64,000 nt of DNA from Podarcis pityusensis. Taxonomy: Eukaryota. Positions within the stretch are counted from its first letter, which is position 1. Each line of letters begins with the position of its first letter. The DNA lies in NCBI GenBank assembly GCA_964106645.2, contig OZ067039.1; one strand, written 5' to 3'. This document shows positions 12,650 through 26,100 of the stretch, one piece after another. The notes beneath the pieces are model-generated. The model did no database searches and was not told where the DNA came from. It saw nothing but the letters and a program-made list of their open reading frames with translations. The position numbers and the translations under genes are program-made.

Positions 12650-14170
12650 CGCCGCCATAGCAGTTCAGGCAACTGACACTCGAGCTGTCCTGCCCCCTCG
12701 GTATTTAAATTCCGATGCCGCAGCTTGAAGACGTGGGGAGGGGAGACTATCCATAACAAGGCGCTGTAAAATGGTAGTCGTTGTGCCTCCTGAGCTTCCG
12801 TAGCCCGTCAGATTCGGAAGAAGTTGAATTCCTTCCAGTTTATCTCGTTGATTATTCCCCCGCCCTCAGTCCACCCCCCTCCCTCGCGAGAGAGAGGAGA
12901 ACTAAGCTTCTCTCTTTCTGACCAATAGGAGCAGCTGGTTGGTCCCGCCTCCTGAAAGGTGCGCAACAAGAGAAGGCGGACGCGCTGCATACTTGGGGAC
13001 AATGAGTACAAATTAGTGCCCGCCGTTGCGCCGCTCATGAGTGATAACCGCTTAGACCCAATGACCTCTTGGAAATCTCTAGCCGGTGCTGTTATTCGCT
13101 GACGGAACATGATTGGCATCCGCAATTGCCTTATAGGTTAACCGAAGTGGTTCTGATCGATGCCTCCCGCCTCTAATGAAATACGAGGGCTCTAGGCCTC
13201 TGCTCCCAATAGCGTGCCAGGGGGGCGGGACTAACCGCCGTAACCGCCAATGGCTGACCGGCTAGGTGAGCGAGTGCGGCCAACAGTGTCGGGAGGCGGG
13301 GCTAGCAAGCTGCCGTTGCCGTCTGGCGCAGGAGGTAACGGGTGTGAGGAGTGTGGTTTTGTAGTGGAGCCGCCACCGCCATCATGAGCTATTCAGGTGA
13401 GCGTCGGGGGCCGGGTGAGGGGGGGGAGAGGGCGGCTGCCTGTCGGGCGTGAGGATGGGGGGCCGGGTTCCTCCCACCCACCGCGAGTGGGCCAAAGGGA
13501 GCGCAGGGCCCGGCCCTATGTCAACATCTCGGGGGGTGGGGTCAGCAGCGCTGCCTTTCCCTTCTCTCCTGGCAACGCTGCAGTGACCCCCGTTCCCCGC
13601 GGGGGTGGGTTGCTGAGGTGTTGTCGTTTTCCCGTTGCTCCCGCCAAATAAAGAAATGGCGCGTGGGGGGCGGGGAGGTTCTTGGACGGTTTCAGGCTGT
13701 GCGCGCAGGGTGCGCCGCCCTCCTCAGCCGCCCGCCCCTCGTTGTGCCAATGTGCGGAGGGGATTCGGGGAAAGGTGAATGTCAGCATTGCTCCTCTGCG
13801 CCCGCCGCCTCAGAATCGGGGTGGGAGGGAAGGAAGGAGGGATGAATCTTTGCGTCTCTGCCGCCTTTGCACACGCGCACCCCACTGCTTGGTATCTGCG
13901 AGCGGTTATAATAGGAGTGGGTGTGGGAAGGTGGCGCAGGAAGAAAAAAAAGGGGGGGAACCTTCCCCCGTGTCCGATCGGTTATGGCTTCCCTTGGAAT
14001 AACTGCCATTGTTTCCCCCTTGCTGAACCACCAACTAACACTCTTTGGGATTTAGAAAGGCTATTTGCCAAAGAGGAGTTGCTTTCTAAATAAAATAAAA
14101 TAAAAACGCGAACGTGGCATGCCCACTTGAATCCTAGCTGCCCGCTATTCGTTTAGGTTTATGCATGCGC
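12650..14170. promoter_or_regulatory. CpG island / AKAP8L promoter
   Basis: CpG-dense; CCAAT at 12922, 13058, 13206, 13247 and ATTGG at 13112; GC boxes at 13222 and 13292; CCTCGCGAGA (BANP-like) at 12882; Kozak-like gccaccgccatcATG at 13384. Confidence 0.85.
13384..13396 (+). CDS. AKAP8L: AKAP8L coding exon 1
   Basis: ATG AGC TAT TCA G|GTGAGC. Confidence 0.9.
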
Positions 14171-17100
14171 GATGTTATACGGTTATCTGAACTTGCGGTG
14201 TCAACATTTGCCTTTCTAGCCCTTTGGTTATGTAAGTGTGGAACCAAATCTATTTCATAAAATATGAGGTAGGCTCTTCATTATCAGTATGGTTGCCCAG
14301 CTACAGATGGAATTATATGTAATTAAAATAGTCTGGCACCTGTGCCCCAGTGCGTGTTAGTGCATACTGAAGACAAACCTGACTGATTTTTGTCTGAAAA
14401 CTTAAAAAAGCAACCCCAAACAGTTTGCTGGCTGCTTTGGACAGCTTTGGTGCACTTAGAAGTGATAGAAATTCTTCCATGGATCACTTGCTAAGTCCCA
14501 TATGTGACAGATGCAGGTGGTATTCATTCCCTCAGCATGTACCATGGTCAATATTTTTCTCAGTCATTAATATTTTTATCAAAGGTAAAGGTAAAAATAG
14601 AGTATGGAGTTCTCTCTTAAAGGTAGTTCTTAACCCTTACCATCCACATAAGATAGTAGCTTCTCCCACTTCTCACCTGAGATCTTTCCTTTCTCCTCCC
14701 AGCCTCTCACTCTGGGAGACCAACATTTCCCTGATCAATGTGTTTCTAACTAACCTCAATTAGTCATATTTTTGGCTTCAAATGTTTGAGTAGGGACTTG
14801 ATACTGGAATGTGAGAAGCATGGGTTCTGTCCAGCTGCATGTCTGGAGTTCTACTTGCACCATGGGACTTCCTCTCCCTCCACATCTTCAAAATCTTCTC
14901 TGGAGCATCCTCTGGAGGAGATTCTGAGGGTGGGGGGGATTGCAGGGGAGAGGAGGGGGAAGTTCTGGTGTGTAAGCAGAAGTCTACTGTGCTAGTGAAA
15001 TAGCAGTACTGGAAATACTGTAATACTATATTTCTGTGAAGTTTTGACACATTATCTTTGTTCTGAAATAAAGATACTTTAGATTTTAAAGATATGCCTA
15101 ATTTGATGATTATCTGAAGAGTTAATCACTCCTGTTTTGATTTCAAATGGGTTATGATAGTTAAATGAAAAATTTTATTAGCGAGCAAGGTGCCGGGCTT
15201 ACTTTGCACCAGGAATTGAACACCAGGAATACAAACGGGTGAAAGCATATGTAGTGTGCTTCTCACTGTGAACAGAGTGCTCCTGAGTAAAAGCAGTCAT
15301 CCCCTTACTTGAACAAATTAAGATTGTGGGCAAAAATGCTGAGCCACAATCACATACATACATACATCAAGTAAAGTCCATTGAACTCAATAGGTTTACT
15401 TCTGAGATGTGCACTGTTAGTGGCCATTTGTAGTGGCTATACAAGTTACTTGTACTGATTCTGATGTACTATAGGAGTTGTATTCTGTGTCCGCTAAATG
15501 GCTACAAAAGTTCTTGTGCCTCACAATATTGCTGTATCTTCTGAAGAAGTGCAGGTCCCTTAAGGTCTAATTCATCTTTCAGCAAATATATTTTTGATTA
15601 ATTATACAAATCTAGTTGTTCAGAATTGGTGTATTTTTCATCTTTAGTAAAAGGACTGTGTGCTAGGTTTCAGAGGACTACTCTTCTGGTACTAGTTCAA
15701 CCTCTTTATAGGAGATTGTAGCAGTGATACATGCTTTACAGCTAGCCGTTGTAGCTCTTTGCTCCTTGTGGACTTTGATTCCTTTTAGAAGGGTAGTGTT
15801 GAAGTTAAAAGGCCTTAAGCAGCAGAGTTCTGAATTAGTACCTAAATAGTAGTTATTGCTGCTTCAAGGTCAGTGCATTGTCATTTATAGTCTTGGTTTA
15901 TGGAGAAGAGGGTGTCTGTTTATGTGCTCCTTCACACCTTCTGTGGGAATTCCCTATTATCCCCTTTTACCATGGTTCACTGTTATGTGATTGTTAGTGA
16001 TTCTGCTAATGGATGTTCCAAGGAAATAATGCTTAGGCGCTCCCTTAGTAACAGTTACACAAAATAAATGAGGGTAGAGAAGGGATGATGTGTGAGATGG
16101 GAGAGACAATGAGCATGTGATCCTGTGGCCTACTCCTGATCTCTAAACTATAGTTGTACGTTACATATATACTGGCCTACAAATGATTACTCACTCCCTA
16201 ATATTCCAAGCTAATGTAAATTAGCAATAATCCTTTTCTTATTTACTTCTGGTCAGAGCGCTTTGAAATGGAGATTTCACTGGATGCAGTTGAACTTGTA
16301 ATCCTTATGCTATTGATTTAAACAGGATTGATTCATGACATTATCATTGAGCCTATTTTTGTCTGTGTAGTAGTCTCCACCATTTGGGCAGGTGAAGAAG
16401 GTCTGAAGGGGATATTGATATATATTTTCAGCAATGTCCTTATGAACGCTAAGTAAATCTGTCTGAGCCTTACTTTTATTAGACTACAATAAAGTAATTA
16501 AAAACAATTATCCTAGTGTTGTGCCAGTTTGAGAATTTTCATGCACATGAGTATATGTGTGCTGTAGAATGTTTAAGAGATGACAGAAATGAAAGAGAAA
16601 CTTTTAGATAAAGTTGGAATACAGAGGGCAATGTTGACAGGAGGCTGAGGGATGAAAAATGTGCATTTGAAATGGCTTAATTTAATTTAATAAACTATAA
16701 ATTGAAAAATGAGGTGCCATAGGTTACTAGTGGGATACATTCACAAGATGTTGCAGGCTGATAGGTCTCAATAGCTTTGTAATGTTTTTGCTCTGTATTG
16801 CTAAGGTATACAAACTTTGTTTGGATGCTTCTTGAACCTTCAGAAGTGCTGGATTCTTAGGATTCTGCTATCTCAACATACCATACCACCCTTTTCTACG
16901 CCCCCCATGCTGTCTATAAACATAGCCTGGGATTTCCTTTCAGTGGCAGTGCTTGCCATAGTTGTTCAAGTCTGTGTAACTCAAGGTTAGCCTATCGTTA
17001 TTAGCAACAAGAGTACACACCAGATGAAAGGGTTCTACAAAATAATATTGTAGACTGCAGGTTAGACCATGGGAAGTGCAGATAGCACATTCCATCTGTC

Positions 17101-20100
17101 TACAGATCAAAAAAATGTCAATTACAAGCTGTCAAATGAAATGAAGTTAGGTCAATTTTTGTTAAACTTTTTCTTGTGATTTAACTGTCATTCAATGAAT
17201 ATTCATGCCAGGTCTGCTTAGTATTTTGAATAGTACTTTGGATAGATTGATAATAACCTTATAACTAACATGATTTTTTACCTCGGGGGGGTATCTTCTT
17301 TCTAGGTTATGGAAACTGGAACTCTGGCACAAATAGAGGCAAGTACCATAAAATCTTAATTGACTGCCCATATGGATAACAGTTAAATCAAAAAGTAAAT
17401 TCAGAACTATTGTTGAACTGTAACGGTTTTCACAGTTTTGATGTATTTCCTCCTTTTAATATCTTCTGGCACTCATGCTCCTTTTATCCATCAATATTGT
17501 TAAGTCAATGTTACACTTGCTGGCCTTGTCAATGACACTACTGCAGATTCTTACTTATGGCTGATATTTGATCATCTGTATGTTTAATTTGGGCATTAAT
17601 TTATCTCCTTCCACCTCCCACGTGCTAATAATCATATTCATGTTAACTCAGAAATAGCCCAATTACTTCATTGAGATTTATCACAAGAAATGTGCATAGC
17701 ATTATAGCTGAATTCTGCTTGCTTGCTAGCTCTTTTCCAAATGTTCAAAGAATAACAAAGCATCATGAACTTTCATAGGAAGTTCAGCTGCAATACTATA
17801 TAGAGTTTGGGGGGAGTAAGCCCCACTAAATTAAATGAGATTACTTCCAAACAACCATATTTAGGATCACAATGTTAAGCTATAATTGTATAAACAGCAG
17901 GAATTCAACCCCTTGGAACAGAACGGGACGATTTCCAGTAAACATGTATAGGATGCAGTGTTAGTTTCAAATTATGAAGTGTGGGTATGGAGATAGTAAC
18001 AATGGAGTATATAAATCATGGAAGTCATGCTGGGGATCCAGTTCTGCATTGTATTCTGCAGTCCAATTACTATTGTAAATGGCTTTCGGATGCCTGATGG
18101 GGAGCAATTCATAAATGAAATAAATTATAAGTAGTCAGTACTATTAGCTTGAATAACTTTATTTTACTGGATGTGATGAATTTTCATTTCCACCCTTAAT
18201 CAGTTTTAGTTCTAAATTTGTGTCCTTACAGTATTGTGTGAAGATGAAATATGGTGTCTTGCAATTAGGTTCTCTTCTTATTGACACTGTTGTGCCACTT
18301 GCTAGAATTTTTTAAGTGATTTGAGAATATTTTATTGGCTATCCACAAATTCAGCAGATTTCTTATGTAAATGAATAATTGTAGATGCTGGGGTAGGTGC
18401 TGAGTGTCTCTCCTGAAAACTCTCCCTCCCCCCCGTCCTAAAGAGAGGTGGATCATTATCCAAGGTAAGATGTGCTGTTCATGGAGGCTGCCACCTTGGG
18501 CCCCTCTAGCAATCAGGATACACCTGACGGTATTGTTAATGGTGCTATAGTTGGAGATAATGCCAATGCTGTAGCAGCTGAGCCCTTTTGCAGATGAGAT
18601 AAAAATGAAGGTTGACTTTAGCAGGAAATTTGCTATGTACTTTTTCCATAGGTAAGAAGATTAATATTTGGTAGGAGTTACAGAAAATGTTTGTCCAGAC
18701 ATTTTAGACACAGCTATATCCTGAAGAGGAGCATTCTTGACAGTGATAATCTTGCATTAGATGCTTATGTATGGCAGGCAATCTATGCTTACCAAAAAAT
18801 TCAGTGACTGCTTCTCATTTCAGGTTACGAGGACTATAATTATGGATATGGATACAGTCAGGATAACTCTGGCAATTATGGGTACGGTATGGCCACTTCA
18901 AACTCTTGGGAAATGCCTAATTCAGATACAGACATGAACTATAACGCATCCACTGGCACCAGTGCTGATGTAATAACAAAATTTAACAAGCGCTTAGATA
19001 TGGTGTCTCATCTAGAAACTGACACGATGCAAGGAGGACATTATGGCTCAGGTGGAGACAGGTGAGTGTAGAGACAAAGGTGAAAAGGTTCAGTAATAGT
19101 TATAGATCAGGGCAGTTTCTGAAAGACATGTTGATCTAATGTGCTGTTGCCTAAGAGCTGTTCCCTTTGTTCTCCGACTGATAGTATTGCTCTTTGCTTC
19201 ATATCTTTGCTGTTGCTTACAGAGCTGGGGGGTGGGGAGGAGACAGAATTAGCCAAGTTGTACTTCCTCTGCCTTAGCTTTGAAAATAAGGTGCTTGTAC
19301 AGTGGTACCTCGGGTTACAGACGTTTCAGGTTACAGACTCTGCTAACCCAGAAATAGTACCTCAGGTTAAGAACTTTGCTTCAGGATGAGAATGTAAATT
19401 GCACCGTGGCGGCAGCAGGAGGCCCCATTAGCTAAAGTGGTACCTCAGGTTAAGAACAGTTTCAGGTTAAGAATGGACCTCCAGAACAGATTAAGTTCTT
19501 AACCTGAGGTACCACTGTACACATCTTTTAGTGAGAAAAGTTTGTTAATACTGTAACAGTTGATAAATTAATTGTAATGAAATATTCTGAAAGAATACCA
19601 GGTTTTAACAACCTCATTTAGTTTTGGTTAGGTCACTAATTTCACAGAGTGTATGTCAGGTACCATCAACGTTAATGGGATATGTGTTTAGCTGGTTACC
19701 ATAACTTAAGTTTCTCTTAAGATTTTGCTCCAGCCAACTGTAACAGAAAATAAGTAAATAGAGAATTCTGTAGAATCTTTCCTCAGTACATTTCTCAGCC
19801 CTAGAAGGCATTAATAAATTGCTTAAGTTATTGTTCATACATAAGGAAGTTTACTTTGGATTGTTGAAGTGACTGGTGCTTATTGCTGTTAAGCTGGATA
19901 TATGGTATAAAAAGATGTCAGAAGTATTTGCTTCACATTTATACCTGAGATTTTAACAGTTTTAGAGACATCGATTCCCAGACAGTTGGTGCACTTTACT
20001 AGAATGGCTACATTTAGGGTTTTATTGGTTGACAGTCCTGTTTCATGGATGCATTTCTAGAGATCAGGTGAATGAACTATGTCTAAATAAATTGTATGTG

Positions 20101-23100
20101 TTATTCCCTCTGGGAAAGGTGTCAAGGGGCCACTGTATTATAACCTGTTTTGTGTACATTCATGCAGCTTAGTGGAATCAAAGCATATTAGTTTAACTGT
20201 AATGGGTAAATTATGCATAGCATTCAGTATTGCTTTTCTCTGTGTTGTCACTGTTTGTTTACCAGGTTCTAAAAGTAGCTTACAGTATCATAGAGCATGT
20301 TAATATTTTTTATTTTAAAATACCTTCACTTCTCCTTAATATCTTACTGATATTGTGTCAGTTTTTAATTTACGACATTTTCATAAAAATAGAAGATGCA
20401 GGAGATTTACAGAAATCCTTAAGGGATTACATAGTATCAAATGTGGTTTTGGTAGTGTGTGCTCTCTATTTGCACTCATTAAAACAGCATCTCTTGCCTA
20501 AGAAAGGTAATTGTTGTAGATAGTTTTGCCAAATAGTATTTCTGTGTTTAAACTACAGATTTCATGTGCTGGAAGAGTATAAAAGTTTAATCTCCCCTTT
20601 GCAGATACTGACTCAGGTTGTCAGGCTCTGCTGAAGTTGCAACCCTTGCACATTTGGAAGCCAGCGTGATGCATCTCCCTATTTTCAGTTCTATCATACT
20701 AGGTGAATATTAACCCAGCACTGTTAATTCTCACTTGAGAGCCTAGGTGAGCATTAGAGACTAAATAGCAGGAAACTGAAATAGATTTATATTTTTGTAA
20801 AACAATTTCATAGAAGGCTCAGCTACAACAGTGAGTAGTACTATGTTATAAATTGGCACAAGAGCTTTGGGTTGATAGATGGAATATTTGAGCTTACCCT
20901 GATAGCTTTTAGAATGACACTTTCTGTTCAGAGTTAGTTTTTAAAGTCTCCTCCTCAGCCATTGTTTCCTTTCCATGTCCTTGCTTTCAGATCCTTGATA
21001 CAAAGCTTGACTGTTGATTTTTGCACTTGTGCCCAGTACTGGTTTATTAAGTGCAACATGACTTTGTTTTGGTCTGCCATAGCAATTGAAACAACATGCT
21101 TTCAGGAATAATGTGGATTTTGGCATTCAACTTCATCTTTGTCTCAGAGCCTCTGTACTGTTTTACATGCATAGTATGTAGTTTAAATTTAAAGTTATTC
21201 TGCAGCTTATGGAACATTCTTGTGAAATTGTGCTGGTTCAAAGCTCTCCTTTATAGAAACAAGTCAACTTGTTTGTCTCAGCCACTCATTATAGTGAGCA
21301 TAGAAAATGGAATTGTAAGGTGTACTCACATATTTTGTCTGCACTGAGCTTTCCTGCAGGCAAAATGTCATGTATAAGCATCTCTTAGTATATAGCTGAT
21401 TTCTGCTTTCTTTTCTTCTTACTAAAACCACTTTATTTTCCAAACTGCTAATAATTTGTGGGAGCCGACCTTGCATCCAGTGGCTTCACTTGTTTTGCAT
21501 AGCTGAACACCTGAAGTGATTGGAGTGTGAAACCAGTAAAAGGAAAAAATTAAGAATTTGTATGACTCCCCCAAATTGAAGATATGTTTGTCAATCTGAT
21601 CAGAGTGCTATGCTCTTTCTATGATTGACTGAGGCTAAACAGAACAAGAATTCTATGTAGCCTTATGTTGTTTCCCCCCCTCTATGCCCTTCCCCACTGC
21701 TATAATGCCCAAGGGAATAATTCTCATACTGAGTTAAAACCTCAGTTGAGCTTTGTTATTATCTTGACTCAAGAACAATTATGAGAGGTTGTTTCCTTTA
21801 ATGTGACCTGTTTTACTGCCATTTTTGGCAGACACTTTAACATGGTGCTCTATATGCTACTGATTAGATTCCTTGCTTGCTGTGCAATTCTTGCAGGTAT
21901 GATACATATGAGTCCTACGACTCAAGGCCTTCACTAAACGACCGTGATCTGTACAGATCCGGCTATGATTACAGTGAAGCTGAACATGACACCGACAATG
22001 CCTATGAAGGCCACTATGACAACTCCTATGGGAACCGCAGGGACCAGTACCACAACAGAGCACGTGACAACTTTGGCCACCGGGGTCAGAACTGGGCCAG
22101 AGACAGGCGAAATAACAGACCCATGGCTTCTGCATATTCTGGGCGCATGGGCGGACAGTGGAATGAACCGCCAGTGCCAATGGGAGGACGGGGCCATGGC
22201 CCCAATAGGCCCCCATCCCTTTTCTCCCACAAACTATTCCCTGAATACAACATGTTCCAGGGAATGCGAAGTTTCTCTGGCAACATGCGCTTTGGAGGAG
22301 GCGGCATGAAACAACGAATGAGGAGAAACTGGAAAATGTGGGATGCAGATTTTAAAGTAAGTACCTATGTGATCTTCTCCCACCTGTTTTCTGCCCCATT
22401 TTTAGGAACATTGCCCAGCAGGAGAACTACCTAGAACTGAGTGCAAAGGAGTCTGTTTTGTAATTTAAACTGTTTTATTATAGGGAACATTTTTCTTCTC
22501 TGTCTCTTACATCTGCTTGGCACATCTTTATTTTAAGCTGTTCTTTAGGAATCTCATTGTCTTCAGTATGCTGCCTTAGCACCGAAAAGATTAATCACTT
22601 GATTTTAGTCATATCTAGGAAGTGTGACCTGGGATTCATTCGTTCGTTTCGTATAAAATAGGTCAGGTCTTAGGTGTGCATGTCTGTACCTGTTGAAATG
22701 AGTTTTCTTGAGTGTAGAGAACTTAAAATGTGAATGAATGAACATTTCTTGGTTGGTGATAAGAGAACTTTTAGACTGTGCATGTGAGTAAAAACAGTCT
22801 TTTCTTTCAATTCATAGAAAAAAAGAATAAAGAATGAGCCTACTGCTAATAAACGAAAACAGGCTAACAGTTCTGATGAGCCTGACAGTAAGGCAGCAAA
22901 AACTGATGGCTCTGACAACTCTGACTCTGATAATGGTAAGAGCAAGTCACTGAAGCCTCCTGCCTTGTCTTCTTTTCATTGCACCTTAGTTTGCCAATAC
23001 TGAAACATTAAAATAATTAAAAACTTTATTTAAACTGTAAGAAACCAATGATTTCAGGAATATAATATAAAAATAAGCTTCACATCATACTTTGGTTGTT

Positions 23101-26100
23101 CAGGAAAAGGGTGCATCAAGACAACCCGATTTCCCTCATCAGTGCAGGCAGACAACTTTGTTCACCAGTACTAAGAGTATAAGAAATAAAGTCCTTCCAC
23201 ATAGCATATAATTTTCAGGGTCTTCTGAGCCATTAGAGACCTTTAAATAGTGGGTAATCTCTGGAATTGCTGTTTGTCCTCATACATTTGTATCAAATGG
23301 TGTTTTTCACCATTGTGTTATTAAGATTCTGATTGCAGCCCCAGCGTCCATGTTAGCAGGTCTTTTGAGCATGAATTACAGAAGCAGCCATCCTAGAGAT
23401 TTAACTGAGAAACTTGGTGGGGCCATTACAATAACACTTTCACACATATTGGAATCTCCCTATAAATGTTAGTCCAAAATTTAGAAACCAGTTGGCATTC
23501 CAACCAGAGATGAATAAAGGTACCTCTGCCCCCCCCCCCCACAAGCGATCTGGAAAGAGTCCAGATATTCTAGAAATCTGTATCAGTGTCCGATGCCATG
23601 TATGCTATTTTTTATTAATGTTCATTAAAACTTTTTGTGAAATATTTCAGGCTTGCAACCCTATACCCACTTACCTGGGAGCAAATATAATTGAGCTCAG
23701 TAGAACTTGCTTCTGAGAAGTCATATATAGGGTTGCACTGTTACAGTCATTTTATAGTCTGTATTGTTACTTGATATGTTGTTCTTTTCAGAAGAGGGCC
23801 CTGAAGGAGAAACTACTGAGAAGGGTTCTAAAAATGTGAGTCTGAATTTAGTCTTGCTTCAAAGTTTTATAATCCCAGTGTCTTATACATATACGATAGG
23901 AACAAGAGTTACAAATGATGTCCTGCCATGCTTGCCTTTCTGTTTAGGGAGAGACCATGTACAGTTCCTTTTTTCTGTTGTTCAGAGACCTAGTGTGACT
24001 AGGTGATGAATGAATGTTTAAAGAACAAAGCTGACTCAAGGCACTGGTGCCCGAGGTGAACACAAGCTCATTCCTCAGCCTCACTACAATAAGTAGTATA
24101 TTAATTTAAATTGTTGATAATTGGCTCTCCTTTAATGATTCTCATGATATGTAGACTGGGGTAACTCATTCACTTTGCTTTGTGTCAGGTCTGACACTGA
24201 GAAGACATACTTGGTGTTTTTTCAGTTATTTATTGAAGATTTAACATATAGATCTATTACAAAATACATCTGCTTCCAAATAATTACTAACATAATTTAT
24301 TATGTTGTGCTCAGATATAGGATGGACAGAAAGTGTTAGTGTGCAAATAGAGAGTGAACCCTATACGGATTGCATTGCTGGCTATACATTGTAGGTGATT
24401 GGGATTGTGCCAGCTGACTCTGCTCCCATCTGATGTTAGTGCATGTTAAAGTTGGGGTTTGTGTACATATAGCTCAATATAGGTAGGTCTGATTTGTGTA
24501 AATTGTGTTCCCCAAATCAGATCTGGCCTACATGCATAAGGCCCCCTACTGTAATATGGCATTCCTTGCACTGGTGTCAGGCAGATGTAGTGATAGGATG
24601 GATGCAGCAAAAGGGGGTTAGGCCAGCTGACACAATCCCCCACCTTTTAGCTATGTTTGTGTATGGCTAAGAACTTAAGAAGGCATAGGAGTGGCCCTCC
24701 AGATATTGGTGGACTACAACTTACATCATCTCTGACCATTGGCCATGTGCCCTGGGGCTGATGGGATTTAAAGTGCAACAACGTTAGAAGAGCCAAAGGT
24801 TCCTTACCTCTGGCTTAGAGTTTGAGCATAGAGTTATAGTTTGATCAGTGCAGAACTGAGCGGAGTCCTATTTCAGTCCATACTATCCAAATGTAGTTAG
24901 TGTCAATTTTCAAATTTTAATTGCAGATATTATTTTGAGAGGTTTCATAGAACATGAAATTCTTAAACAAATTCTGATGCAGCTACAGGTTCTTTCATTG
25001 CTCACTGTTGCAGCGAATTTAAAGGATACTCACAATCACAGCCTACTATATTGATGTTTCTAGTAAATGGTAATTTTGTACTGTGGTTATGAACAGTGGC
25101 TGTTTTTTGTCTAAGCCCCAAATCATCTTGGTAGCTAGCAGCACTCCTGATTACTTGATGTAAAGGTTAGTTCTACATGTGTTGTTACCTTGCCTGTAAG
25201 CAAGTGCAGCTCTATGCTTCATTGTCTTTAATTACATTTTAGGAGGGAGAGGGAGAAGGAGGTGAAGATGAGGAAAGAAAAGGAGACTCTGAGAAAGGTA
25301 AGTTCAAATGTACATGCATTAGGGTACTTCTGGTGATCATGTTATTTTTTGTGACAAGATGTGTGGAATATTGTGCAATTTCTTTCTGGGAACTTGGTGT
25401 ATAGAATAATCAAATCACTGTATCCTTTGAATAATTTGGTGTACTGATTAATTCCTTTCTTTCTTTTTGGTTTGTATCTTTTATATTTATATTTTTCTTG
25501 TTTTGTATTTTTTCTTTTTAGTTTTGAATATTTGGATGTAATGTTTAATATATGCTTTCTTTGTAATTTTTAAAAATGCAATAAAGATTTTTTTAAAAGA
25601 TGTGTGGAATATTGCAGGAGATACGCATTATTGTATTAGAGCATTTTATAAACCACTGATAAATTCCAAGTTTCAGTTTTTACATGTTGGTTCAGAACTA
25701 ACCTAGCAAGTATTCCCTAATAATACATGTATCTTGAGTACAACACAATTAGTTAAATTTACAATGATCAAAATATTCAGGTAGAAGAGTTTTACATTGT
25801 GATGTTAATTCTAGCAATTCCCTAGACTATTTGTGGAGGTAGGCTATAACTGTTTTGAACTAGTTTCCAGTACCAATGTGGCTATGCCTTCAGCATGCAC
25901 AGCAGATCACTTCCAGACAGTGAAATTATTCAAAAATAATAGCTCCCAGAAGCAATAAAAATCTGCCAGTTGGCTATGCTGAATATTGTTACACATCATC
26001 CTAATCTCCGAGTGGTGCAAGATTATAGAAGTCCAGGCACTTACCCAGTATTTGTGTTTCCCTTGGAAATGAGGCACAGCAAAGACTGTGGTTTCTTGGA

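Noticed and set aside
13397-14093. Multiple 75-106 aa ORFs in the CpG islands (also 39576-40014, 63032-63609)
   Set aside because: GC-rich sequence is poor in stop codons; no recognisable protein similarity
16944-16985. In-frame 42-nt AG/GT-bounded segment in AKAP8L intron 1 ([14 protein letters not shown])
   Set aside because: Hydrophobic peptide unlike the Y/G-rich context or the mammalian exon, and a mediocre donor; likely chance
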